Of a stretch of DNA of 64,000 nucleotides, positions 48,232 to 61,525 are shown piece by piece (the stretch's first letter is position 1; every line of letters begins with the position of its first letter). The position numbers and the translations under genes were made by a program. Source of the stretch: Octopus vulgaris. Taxonomy: Eukaryota. Below the pieces are notes generated by a model. The model saw nothing but the letters and a program-made list of their open reading frames with translations, was not told where the DNA came from and did no database searches. The DNA lies in NCBI GenBank assembly GCA_951406725.2, contig OX597824.1, forward strand, positions 11,098,001 through 11,162,000, in the 5' to 3' direction.

Positions 48232-48648
48232 TCACACACACACACACATACACACATGACAAACACACATACACACTCACATATATGCACACACACACAT
48301 ATATACACACATGCACATACACACACATACACACACATGCACATACACACACATATGCACACACATACACATACACACACACACACAAGCACACACACAC
48401 AGACACGCACACACATACACACGCACATACACACACACATACATACACACACACAGACACACACATACACACACACACACACACATACATACACACATAC
48501 ATACATACACACACATGGACACATGCAGACACACACATGCACACACACATACACACACACTCATACATACACACACAAACACATGCATACACACATACAC
48601 ACACATATACACGCACACACACACACACACACACATACACACATATAT
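48232..48648. repeat. Degenerate (CA)n-rich microsatellite
   Basis: Directly visible. Confidence 0.96.
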
Positions 48649-48980
48649 TTAGATTATGCACTAAAACAGGAATAACGTTTTTGTTTTTGTTTTTTGTTTT
48701 TTAACTGTAATATTTTTTTTGGGTGTTCATATTATTCATTCCTTTATCCTTTGTTCTGTCTTTGCTATTTTCTACTTTCCGTTCCCTTTGATGTTCTCCA
48801 CAATAACTTTTACACACACTTTTGACCAACGAAAATAACTCTTTCCAAACTGCAGTACACTTACCTACTGACCCACATCCTATGTTTCTCTATCGCCATT
48901 CTCTATCCAACATTCACCTTTGACCTTGAATGTACACCTTCACTGCCTCGTTCTTTCCCTCTCCAGCTAAGAAAGTCATG

Positions 48981-49864
48981 TACATGGCCTGATCAATAAG
49001 TATCCGGATGGTTACCATAGTAACAAAGCTAAAGCATGCAGAGTGAAGCTGCTTGGCACAAATTGACCTTGGACTTTGCTGTGTATGTGCACGAAGTTTT
49101 AACGTTCCAGCTCACTTCTGCTGTTTGCAGCAGGGCTCGGAAGGAAGGTGTGTAGCATGTGATCATTGCATTGACCATGACAGAGAAAGTTGAGCAGAGA
49201 ATCTGATCTGCATCCAATTTTGCCAAAAGATTGATGGTAGCTGCTGTTGCTGTTGCTGCTGAGCGAACGGTCTTTGTCACAGAGCTCGCAAGATGGGAGA
49301 AGTCTGAAACGTGGTCCTTTTGCTGTTCGTAAGACCCGCAGAAGAGAAACCAGGTCAACCCCCGACACTGAGAGCATCAACGGATGGATGAATGCACATC
49401 CAGGCTCAGCGGTTGTGTAGGAAGTCGGGGACAACTGAACCGTAACTAATCTGCACATCCTCTGATAACTCATGGATGGTGATTTGATGATTTCCCCTCA
49501 TAGATACACGTACCCTTAACATCGGTTTGGGAATCGAAACCGCGATCCTCCAACCGCGAGTCTGCTGCCCTAACCAAGGGGCCATTGCGCCTCCACAATG
49601 GTAGCTGGTCAGAGGCCTATGCAAAGTTTTCAAAAAGCTTTCATTGTTCTTAACACAATCAAGGAGATCTTGTGCAACTGAAACCCAAGTGTCTTTTTGA
49701 TCAGCTGAAAGCAGTTTTGGCACAAACTTGGAAGACACGCATCACATAACCAAATCTTCATTGATAATGGACTGAACTGAACCGTAACTAATCTGCACAT
49801 CCTCTGATAACTCATGGATGGTGATTTGATGATTTCCCCTCATAGATACACGTACCCTTAACAT
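48981..49864. mobile_element. Rearranged mariner transposon remnant
   Basis: Left end tacatggcctgatcaataagtatccgga; plus-strand MTEKVEQRI(C)IQFCQK at about 49177; minus-strand HTH segment ITIHELSEDVQISYGSVQSIINEDLVMRRVSSKFVPKLLSADQK at about 49620-49845. Confidence 0.85.
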
Positions 49865-51112
49865 AGTTCTCAGGGAGATTCAATGTGACTCAGAATGTGA
49901 CAAAGCTGGCCCTTTGAATAACAGGTACAACTAATTTTTGCCAGCTGAGTAGACTGGAGCAACATGAAACAAAGTGTCTTGCTTAAGGACACATGTTGCC
50001 AGGAACTGAACTCATGCCCTAATGACCACAAGTGGAATACCTTAACCACTAAGCCACATGCCATCACATAGTAATACATACACACACAAATAGATATATG
50101 ACAGTCTTCTTTTAATTTCTGTCCACCAACTCCACTCACAAGGATTCGGTCAGCCCAATGTGCCATGCAGAGTAATTGAACTGAAGACCATGTGGTTGAG
50201 AAGGAAACTTAACACACAGCCTCATCTTTACCTCCTTACATATCTTCTAATTATAAAAAAAGCATGAATTGGGAGTCCTCCAGCATTCAATATTGGGAGG
50301 ATTGCTATCTTCTATTTCTGTAGATAATACTAAAATATTCTTAAAAGATGAATCAGTCTTACTGACGACTGTTAAATTACTTAACTTGTAACAAATGGTT
50401 CAGATCAAAATACGTTTTCATCATTATTTTAATGTTCACTTTTCCATAATTGCAAGGGTCAGGTGGTGTTTATTGAGGGAGATTTTCTATAGCTGGATGC
50501 CTTTCCTGTCACCAATCCTTATCTGTTTCCAAGCAAGGTAATGTTAACCCATGGCCAGACATGTTTTTGTAGAATATTGGAAATTAATGACATTTATTTA
50601 CAGTAATCACACAATATATCAAGACAAGGAAAAACAAACATACATTCATACACATATACTCACACATACATGGTAGGCTTCTTTCAGTTTCCATCTACTA
50701 AATCCATTCACAAGATATTGGTCAGCCCAGGGCTATAATAAAAGACACTTGTCCAATGTGCTATGAATTGGGACTGAACCCGGAACCATGCAGTTGGGAA
50801 GCAAACTTCTTAACCACACAGCCATGCCTGTGCCTATACCAGTTTTTCCTCTCTTGGCAGAAGGCTCAAATAACTGCACTGCCAAGGCCCTACACCCTTG
50901 TCTGTCCCTTGCCTATGCTACACCTGTCACTTAATTTTGATAAAATTCAAATAATCAGAAATTCTAAATTCAAAAATCCTAGAATCAGAAACAAGGATTC
51001 TTATTCATAAATGATATTGAAATTGGTCAACTCTGTACTTCAGTGGAAACAACACGTTATAAGTATATACTTGTGTGGGATAATATATTTAATATAATGA
51101 GTAAAAAAAAAA

Positions 51113-51478
51113 GCAAGAGCACTCAGAGAGAGCAAACCTCCTTTAGGGCAACATCAACTTCCTCTCAATGATTAGCCAGAGATGATTTTTAAAATGAAAA
51201 TATCTGAAATAAACTCGATTGTTCTCACAGATGAGAATAATAAAATTGAACCTGACTGCTCTCAAAAATTAAGTAAAAAAACAGAAAAAATAATCTAGAA
51301 TCCTTGTCCAGTACTGGATCAATCCCCAACTCTAATCAGTTCATGCCAGTCATGAGGCCAAACATCCCTGAAAGTTTCATTTGAATGCATCCAGCGGTTC
51401 TTGAGATATCTTGTCCATGGACAAACAAACAAATCCAACTGAAAACAATACCTCTGCCTTTACAAAGGTGGAGGTAAT
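51113..51478. mobile_element. Helentron/HINE-like non-autonomous element
   Basis: Terminal hairpin acctctgcctt...aaggtggaggt plus related subterminal acctcc motif; second copy 54234-54597. Classification is inference. Confidence 0.6.
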
Positions 51479-51574
51479 AAGCCAAAAGATTTTAATCAGT
51501 TGAAATTACACTCATAAAGGAAAATAATTTGTGTTATTTGACAAGAGAGGCAAAGGAGCACCGCTACTTGAAGG

Positions 51575-52430
51575 GTGCATATCTTGGAGACCAGGGAGTC
51601 TCTCCAGGTTGAGACACAACTTCTCCACAGTGAAGTGTCACAGCCCTGGTACTATGGCTATGTGGTCAGGATGCTACAGAAAAGAAGCATAAGACAAATT
51701 TTTCAAGCTGAGCCAACTGACAGGAAACATAGGGGTAGACCAGTGGTTCCTAAAGTAGGTGGTATTGCCCCGACCCCTGGGGACAGTGGAAAGTTCCAAG
51801 GAAGCGCTGAAGAACAGTGGGGCAGTAATGGGGTAGCGATTCATGTAAAACCAAGAAAATAATGGGGTCATAAGGTTAAGTTTTATTTGTGAAATACAGT
51901 TGCTTTGAATTTGCTTTAGAAAGAGGTCTATGTTTATAATGGCTAGTTGGGATGAGGGGGCACTAGGAATGTGGTCTGGGTGCCAGGGGGCAGCAGCCCA
52001 AAAATGTTTGGGAACCACTGGGGTAGACCATGAGCAAGATGGTTAGTTAATATCTATGGTCGCAGCGAGCTGGCAGAATTATTATCATGCTGGACAAGAT
52101 GGTGAGTGGCATTTCGTCCATCTGCCACTATGTTTTGAGTTCAAATTCTTCCGGGGTCAACCTTGCCTCCTTTCATCCTTTAAGGGTCAATAAAATAAGT
52201 ATCTGTAGAGCAGGTGGGGTTGATGTAATTGACTTATTCCCACCCACCTGAACTTGCTGATCTTGTACCAAAATTTGAAACAAATATTTATAGTCTCAGT
52301 TGGTCATATTCGTGAATTCAGTAGGGAAGTTTTATGACTGTTGTTTTTGATAGGACCCTAGGGAGGAGGTACCTGAGGACTCAACTCCCATGACCTTTCC
52401 AGGAATAGTGGGCGGCGAAAATGAATGCAT
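51575..52430 (+). mobile_element. Old RTE-type LINE 3' fragment interrupted by a hAT MITE and a SINE
   Basis: WYYGYVVRM...RKHRGRP (cf. LRWFGHV.RM...KR.RGRP..W) resumes after 52020. Confidence 0.7.
51741..52020. mobile_element. hAT (Charlie-like) MITE
   Basis: TIR cagtggttcctaaa / tttgggaaccactg; perfect 8-bp TSD gggtagac. Confidence 0.9.
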
Positions 52431-55049
52431 GGATAAAAATTAATTGGAAACATGCAGTTGGAAGTAAATCTGTTCTTTACTTATATTCTAAGGCAATAAA
52501 TTATCTTTAAAATGTAGACCCTTTAAAAACTAAACATGAAATGATATGAAACAGGACCAAAATATCTTGCGGCAGCGAGTTTCTTCTATCTACATTACGA
52601 ATTCAGATCACGCCTGAATTTACCTTTAACTTTTATCTCATTGGGATTGGTAAAAAGGAAATACCAATCATAGAAGCAAGTTGATTCTTGTCGACTTGTC
52701 GCTCGGTAAAAATAAAGAGATCAATAACTCCATGCTGCTATAAATTTCCAGACTAAAACTTAGAGGAAGCACAAAGTTGTTTCCCTTTACATAATAGAAA
52801 TTGATGGTCATGCTTGTTTGTTGGTTTGTTGAGCGAAGCGGTCTTCGTCCCTGTGGGAGAAGTCCGAAACGTGGTCCTTTGCTATTCGTAAGACCCGCAG
52901 AAGAGAAAGCAAGTTAACCCCCGACACCGAGAGCATCGACGGATGGATGAAATGCGCATCCAGGCTCAGCGGTTGCGTTGGAAGTCGGGGACACGAAACA
53001 GGAAGAAAGAGTGAGAGAAAGTTGGAGCGAAAGAGTACAATAGGGATCGCCACCATCCCCTGCCGGAGCCTCGTGGAACTTTAGGTGTTTTTGCTCAATA
53101 AACACACACAACGCCCTGTCTGGGAATCGAAACCGCGATCCTCCGACCGCAAGTGCGCTGCCCTAATCACTGGACCATTGCGCCTCCACTTGCTGGTCAT
53201 GCTCCCCACCGCCATCGTCCCAACATCACTTTCTTTCCTTTTGTAAATTGATAGATTTGTGTTAAGAGTTCCTTAAATATAGAATAGAAAGAACAAAAGC
53301 CTACAGAGTAAAGCATTGTGGTACAAACATTTGGGTTTCGAGTTCGGATCAACTTCAAGCATTTTGTTACTTTTCTGGACACGATGGTTAATTGCACAGG
53401 TTGTTTAAACTGAAGTCAGTTTCTGTAAAAACACATCAAAAGTGTTCCTCCTCTCCCTCTCTCTCTCCAGAATACATTACTGAATGTATCTTGTTTATTT
53501 AAAAAAATAGAAAGAAAACGTTAGTTGGTTACTATTTGAGTCTAGATTTAGCAGCTATTTTTAGCAGACCAAGTGATTATGTAGATCAGTGTTTCTCCCC
53601 CACCTTTTTTTTTCATATGGACCCTGTCGATTCTTATTTTGCTCAGGTGAACTCACAGAACCATTCAATGTTTAAAAAATCATTATATTTTTATAATTGA
53701 GTATAAGGAATTACATTAAAAATTTTTTTAATAGTTTGTGTCTTGAAGAAATATAACCAATTTATAGCATATAAATTTTAACAGCAAGATCTTCTATGAA
53801 CTCTGGTTGAGAACCCCTGATGAAGATTTTCTGTCAATTCGGTTAAATAACAGGAATTGTATCACATTTTCTGAAAATACTCTCTGATGTCCTGGACAAG
53901 AAGGTACTAATTTTGAGTTGATTAGAGGCTTTGAAGACACATTGGCATAAAATTATCAAGTCTTAGCATGATGTTGGCAATCTTTGAGGTATGATGATAG
54001 TGTAGAAGAATCTTATACAAGAAATCTTCATCCTTATCATCAGAATATTCGACATAGATGCAGGTGTGGCTGTGTGGTTAAGAAACATGCTTTGCAGCTA
54101 CATAGTTTTCTGAAAAGATGAAAGGGGAAGCCGACCTTGGAGTTTGAATTCAGAATCTGAAGATGAAATACTGTTAAGCATTTTGCCCAGCATGCAAACA
54201 ATTCTGCCAGCTGGTTGCCTTATAATAATAGTAACAAAAGCACTCAGAGGGTGCAAACCTCCCACTAAGGCAACACCAATGTCCTCTCAACAATTAGCTA
54301 GAGATGGTTTTTTTTTAAAATGAGAATATCTGAAATAAACTTGACTGCTCTCACAAACGAGAAAGCTAAAAATGAACCTGACCATTGTCAAAGATTAAGT
54401 CAAAAAAACAAGAAAAATAATCCAAAATCCTTGTCCAGTACTGGATCAATCCCAAAATATAATCAGTTTGTGCCAGTCACAAGGCCAAGCATCTCTGAAA
54501 GTTTCATCCGAATCCATCCAGTGGTACAAGAGATATCTTGTACACAAACAAACAAACATGACTGAAAATACTGCCACCTTCGTTAAGGCGGAGATAATAA
54601 CAATGACTTCAAATTTTGGCAAAAAAAGGCAGTAATTTTAGTGAGTGAGGATTAGTTACATGATTATTTATTTTGATTTAAATTTGCATATTTCTGAAAT
54701 AAGTAAATATTGAAGTTAAACAAAATTTCATATATTTTAGAGGATTAATTAAGCTTGTTGATTAGTTTTCATTAGTCATATTCATGCAACTTTTTGCAAG
54801 AAGCAAATCAATTTTATGAATTAATCTACAGCACAGCTTAGAAAGCAAGCTTGCTAGTATTCTTTTGATGACTGTTCCCATCTCCATGCCCTACCATCCT
54901 CTTAGTTTAAATGTCAGATTTCTTGAGAAATATTACCTAGGAAAATCCTTCCTATATGGATTATTCTTTTTCTGGAAGATTTTGGGAGAGTCAAAAAGCT
55001 GGTGTTATTTTCTTAATCCTATGAACCCGGAAAAATTTAAAACAGAGGG

Positions 55050-55362
55050 TTACGTACTTGCAAACAAGTGTTAACAGGTGACATTATTGACCGAGGTTAC
55101 CATGGTCTTTTCCATAAGCTTTTCTTTCCACGGATAAACCCTATCTGCTTCCCCCTTTACACCTTACATCATGACATTTCTGTGATACACGATCCCTATT
55201 GATCGTTTTATTTCTTTTTCCTTTTCTTTCCCTTTTATGATCCCTTTTGATCGAAAACCTACCCCTCTTTTTTTTTTTTCTTCTTTTCTCCCCATAAAGA
55301 AAAGCTCTACTTTGTAATCTGTCCCGTCTGTGTGCAGCCCTGTGTGGCTAATAAAGAAACAT
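55050..55362 (+). mobile_element. Probable LINE 3' UTR fragment
   Basis: Pyrimidine-rich body ending gtctgtgtgcagccctgtgtggctaataaagaaa; same short tail at about 61656-61680. Confidence 0.55.
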
Positions 55363-56732
55363 AATAATGATTGGAATGTTACAATGAAATTATATTTATG
55401 CATGTTGTGCCCCTCCCCTCCCAAAGAACTGAAGAATATATGAAGATGTTAAACAAAAGAAGCAATTGAAGCAAGTGAACTTACCAGGAAGATGTGAGAG
55501 AGATTAAAATATAACAGAAAGCAGTTATAATAATAAAAAATATTTTATTCAACTGGGGGTAAAAGCAAGCAGATAGTTTGTGCAAATATAATTGCAATAA
55601 AAAATGGAATATGAAATCAGTTTTATAGGAAAACCAGTAAAAATTGTGAGTAAACGAATACTCCATTAGTGATTAGCAATGCTTTGAGAACAAATCAGTT
55701 ATTGAAATATATTTGAGAGCTGGAAGGTTTCTGATTAAATAAACTCAGATCATTTGAGAATTTAAAAGGTACCAATGAAACTATTGACAAAAGCATAGTT
55801 TTGATTTTTACACATTCTGCTTCTCTTGCAAATTTTAACTACTTTCATTTGTTTTACAATTCAATAAAGCAAATGATTGTGGCAGGAAAATATTGAGGTT
55901 GGATGAAATAAACATGGGAAAAGTGAATGCTGCAGAATATGCTGTTTTGAACTATTTTAGAAAGACAGAGACAAACCATGAAATCAATAATGTTCGTAGA
56001 CAATAACATCATGGAACTGCAAATTTCATAGTCATTATTTACAGGTTTGTAGTAAATTATTGCTTGGTAAAGTAAAACGAAATTACCAGAACATGTTAAA
56101 AATTAATTTTTCACACAAAATGATGACTGCTTCTGCCTTTTTAGTATCAATATTTTGTTACTATTAAGCATGGTAGCTTTAAAAAATGCTGGGGGATGAG
56201 GGATGGGAAGAAGTAGCAGCAGATATTCATAAAGAAACCGTTTGAGGCATGAAAATGGAAGACAAAAATATCATTGAAACAAGAGTCAGAACAACATGGC
56301 TTATAACTGAAATGCAGTGATTTAATACTAATTACTGAGGGTGGGGTAAATACCCAAAGCTTTTTAGTTTAAATTATATTTGCATATGTTTCAACAAATA
56401 AATAGCAATATATACTGTTTTTATCTTGTTTTTTTTTTCTTCACTTTCACACAATACTTTCTGGATCTGTTGACTTACAAATTCAAACAAACCAGATTAA
56501 GTTTTTTTTTTAACCATCTGTCAAATTATTATCAGAGTAACAAAAGTATGAAATATATACATATAAAAAAAAAAAAAAAAAGAATTAAGGGAAATACAAG
56601 CCCTTTTTGTAGAAATCTTGAAAGACAATTGAACTTCAGTTCAAATTAGCTTTTTATAAATATTTTATCACCCTAAATACGATAAATGTTAGTGGAAACC
56701 ATTGAGCAATGCAGATGGGGAGTTAAGGAAAA

Positions 56733-57248
56733 TACCATAAATCCTCAAGTATAGTCTGCCCTTGAGTATAACATGTAGGGGATTTTTAGGGGGCTGTACC
56801 TTTGAAAAACCTAAACCTTATGTATGATACGTACCCCTTCTCTAACTTGAGTCAAGGAGGTCTATATAACGTCCTTGGTTTGTAAAAATGCATATGGTAA
56901 TGTCCTTTATTATTATTGTATATATAACATAATGCAAACATGTAACTTTTTTGTGCATTTTGTTTGCAGAAAATAAAGAAATAACAGTAATAACGTTTAA
57001 TAAATGTTGTTTACTGCAAGTTATGGATGATTCTTTTATGACTTCATTGCTTTCAGGCTTAGCTTAAGGTATTTTCACGCCCGACATCACAAAATTCGTC
57101 TGAATAAACATTGCCAGACAGCAAATTGAGACTTGGACATTGCTCAGAAAATAATTTTCATTTTTAACCTCGTATATAGTACGCATTAGGGATTTTGACC
57201 TTTATATTTTGGGAAAAAAATGCAGATTATACTCGAGGAGTTACGGTA
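56733..57248. mobile_element. Tc1/pogo-type MITE, second copy
   Basis: Same termini and shared internal sequence with 6945-7471. Confidence 0.85.
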
Positions 57249-59729
57249 TATAAGATGATGTCAATGAATGGAAACAAAGATAAAAAAACTTATTGTATCA
57301 TTTTAGATTGTTTAATGAGTGAATAATATTTTGAGAAAAATCTCCCTTCTCAAAATACAAGAAAGAAAACAACGAAAGAGTTTGGTAACATGCTAAAATG
57401 GCCTGAGCTCCTTGGTTATTTTTTTTCTTCTATTTGAAAAGGACAAATTTTCATGAGATATTACAAACTCATTAACCCTTTAGGGTTCAGATTACTCTGT
57501 TAAATGTAATACTTTTTCACTCAAATTGTTTTGAATTACTCATGCATTATCTTACAGCTTTGAGGTTTCAATGATGTGATTGCTTATTTTTAGAATGTCA
57601 ATGTAGGTTAGGTGTGAGAGGCTAGATATGGCTAGTTCAAATATAAAACAAGTAGATTATCTGGGCCAGATGTGGCTGGTTAAAAAAAACTAAAGGGTTA
57701 AACAAATTTCATGAAATTATCTTTTTCTCTGTTTTCATTTATTGACATCATCACCTTAGATATTTTGCTTAAAATCTCACCTGCGTTTCTCAGGTTTTAG
57801 CTAACATCTTTATTACACATATTGCAATGCTTCAAGCCAATTACAATACTACTTTGTCATTAACAGAGAGATTCATAATTAGAAAGTTAGTCCAAAACAT
57901 AAGAATTTACTTGATCTTTTCTGCTTTTATCTTGTGTATTAACACCCACCTCCTACAAAAGGTTGATGTTTGTGGTAAAAATAATAGAAAGTTGGTGAAG
58001 GTTATTTTCTCAGTGAGTCAAATTTTGGTGTTATTAGATAAGTTTTAAAAATAAAAAAAAGCAGATATGCTATCTGTAAATTCAAAGATAATATATTTCT
58101 TGGTTTTTTCTTCATAAGAATCTGTCAAATTGAAAATGCTTCAACTCTGAACAGCAAATACATTTAATGGTCTCTTGTTCATAGCTTTTCAAGTTCTTTT
58201 AAAAAAACAAATAATAAACTCGAGCTAAGAGTTAGGATTGGTTTACAAGAAGAAAAAAAAAAAAAGGAATCAAGTGGTAAGAAGTTTGCTTTCCAACCAC
58301 ATAGTTCCTGGTTCAGTCCCACTACTTGGCACCTTGGATATGTGTTTTTTTTACTACAGTCCTGGACTGACCAAAGCCTTGTGAGTGGATTTGGTAGATG
58401 GAAACTGAAAGCCCATCACACACACATATATATATCTCGTCAGCATATCATATATCCAAAAAAGAAAAATACGGTAAAGCATAGAGTGACCAATGGTTTC
58501 GCATCCTTGCAAAACCATTGATCATACTATGACTGGACATGTACTTAACAGCTCACACACACACACACATATTGTTATTATTATGTTAAACTGTCGTATG
58601 TCCAAGTTTGGCTAAGTACATATATTTTTCAATATTTCTTCTTGTTTGCAAAAGCTGGTTCTTTTGATCAAACTATCGTATCTCCAGCTGCTTCAGATGC
58701 CAAGATATCAAAAATTGTCAAAGTACAACAGTTTGGCTATGGAATGGTGAAACTACTTCTTCATTTTCTGAAAAAGCAACGTTTTGGATTTACACTACTT
58801 TTGCATAATAGCAACAATAGGATTTTGTATATATATCTATGCAGGTGTCTTGTGCTGGTATTGTGCCCTCCCCACCTGCTTGACAACTGGTGTTAGTTTG
58901 TTTATGTCCCTATGACCTAATAGTTTGGTAAAAGAGACCAATAAAATAAGTAACAAATTTTTAAAATAAAGTACTGGGGGTCAGTCTGTCCAGCTAAATT
59001 TTTTAAGGCAGGGCTCCAGAATGGTCACAGTCTAATGATTGAAACAAGCAAAATATATTCCTATTCTTGTAAAATCATCAGAAATAACTACTTGTAATGT
59101 ATTGAAGTCAAATTCAGTTGAGTATACTGCACCACCTTCAAAAATTAATTTAGAGTGTAATCAAAAGATAATTAGTTAATAAGAATGTCTAACTTTGTAT
59201 AAGTAGTGGAATCAATTACAGTAAATACAGTAGGTATTTCAAGATCATTGTAGGGTTTGCACTTAGGTTATAAAGATACGTAACTAAATACTACAAGGCA
59301 TTTGATTCAGTACTATTGTTTCTACCATTTACTGCCCTAAAAATTGTTTCAAATTTTGGCACAAGGCCAGCAATTTTAAGGGGAACAGGGTTAGTTGATT
59401 ACATCAACCTTATTGTTAAACTGGTACTTGTTTTATCAACCCCGAAAGGATGAAAGACAAAGATGACCATGGTGAAATTTTACTGAAACACACTGTCTTT
59501 GTTTTGTCTAATTTCGAAAGTACTGAAGAATTTGGGAAAATAACTGATTATTAAGCTGGTGTTTGAAACAAATTAACTTGAAATTTTAATGGAAAGTTAT
59601 AATTTATACGACCTTTAAAACAGGAAATTTGTACTATTGACCCAGGGTGGTCTCAAACATGTAGACATCAAAAGTGTTACAGAGCCAGAAGAAATGCCAC
59701 TAAGATATACAAACAATTCTGCCAGTTCT

Positions 59730-60144
59730 TATTTCTTTATTGCCCACAAGGGGCTAAACATAGAGGGGACAAACAAGGACAGACAAAAGGATTAAGTCGA
59801 TTACAGCGACCCCAGTGTGTAACTGGTACTTAATTTATTGACCCCGTAAGGATGAAAGGCAAAGTCGATCGCGGTGGAACTTGAACTCAGAACCTAACGG
59901 CAGACGAAATACCTATTTCTTTACTACCCTCAAGGGGCTAAACACAGAGAGGCCAAACAAGGACAGACAAAATGATTAAGTCGATTATATCGACCCCAGT
60001 GCGTAACTGGTATTTATTTAATCGACCCCGAAAGGATGAAAGGCAAAGTCAACCTTGGCGGAATTTGAACTCAGAACATAGCAGCAGACAAAATACCTCT
60101 AAGCATTTCGCCCGGCGTGCTAACGATTCTGCCAGCTCGCCGCC
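59730..60144 (-). mobile_element. SINE family B dimer
   Basis: TSD caattctgccagttc; junction about 59913. Confidence 0.9.
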
Positions 60145-61215
60145 TTTTGCCAATTCTGCCAGTTCATCAGCTTCCTTACTACACTATGATTGCTAACTAA
60201 AGAACAAGGTCACTTATTTTAGAGTGGAGGTAGAGTACAATTGATGAGATCACAGTCCTTTGCTAGTTACCTATTTTATCAAAGCTGGAAAGACGAAATG
60301 CAAAGTTAGCCTTGGCAGAATTTGAATTCACAATATAATTAAACAGAACGAGGCATATATACCATCTGTTATTTACTAGCCTAATAATAGGATTCTTTTT
60401 TTCTAATTTAGGAACAAGACCAGTAATTTTTGTGGGGAGGATGTTAGTTCATACCATGGCCTCATTAATAGACTGTTTATTTATTTTATCAACCCTGAAA
60501 TGATGGAAAGCAAAAACAATCCTAATAGGATTCAAACTCAGAACATTACTAAACAGCACAAAGTATTTACTCCAGGCCACACCATCTGTTATCACCATAA
60601 TAATGATACTTACACGCTTTCTTAAGCTTTAGTATTAAACACCAACAAAAAAATAAACATTCCATTTCCTTTCATGAGCAAGGACGAATATTATATAACA
60701 TCTCGTAAAGGTGTCTAAATGGGAAGAAAATGAAAAATTAGAAAGAGAAAAAAACTATTGCCAGGTATAAACATAGCTATATTCTTTCAGGTTCAATTCC
60801 ACTATGTAGCACCTTAGGTAAGTGTCTTCTTTGGTAGACTTAAGAATGAGATTTTATAGTTGGAAATTATATTAAATCTGTTGTGTGTGTGTGAGTGTAT
60901 ATATATATACAAATTGAGATAGGGGTTGCAAATTCAACCCTCCATGGGATAACATATATCCAATATACTGCTGTTTTGTTATATATTTTTATGTTTAACC
61001 CTAATGTTCTTATGTGGTGGTTTAATAAAGTATTGTATTGGGTATTATCTGGTAGTTGATAAATGATTTAGATGTATTTCTCCATTTTCTTATCTTGTAT
61101 ATATATAAATATATATATATGTATATATGTGTGTGTGTGTATATATATATATATGCGTGTGTGTGTGCGTGCCAGCATGGATAACAGATGTTAAATGATG
61201 ATGATGATATATGCA

Positions 61216-61246
<31 letters not shown>

Positions 61247-61476
61247 TTATGTTGGGATTTCAAATTGTATCCCTTTATATCAAAACACTAACAGCTGTCT
61301 GATGTGCAGACAAAGGCTGTGATTAAGAAATTAGGTTTGTAGCTCTATCGCTTCAAGCTTGATCTTGTTGTGTGGCACTTTGAGCATGTGTCTTCTGCTA
61401 TTACCTTGAGTCAACGTAAGGGTGAAATTCAATAGACCAGAACCCATCATTGTATATATATATATATCATCATCAT

Positions 61477-61525
<49 letters not shown>

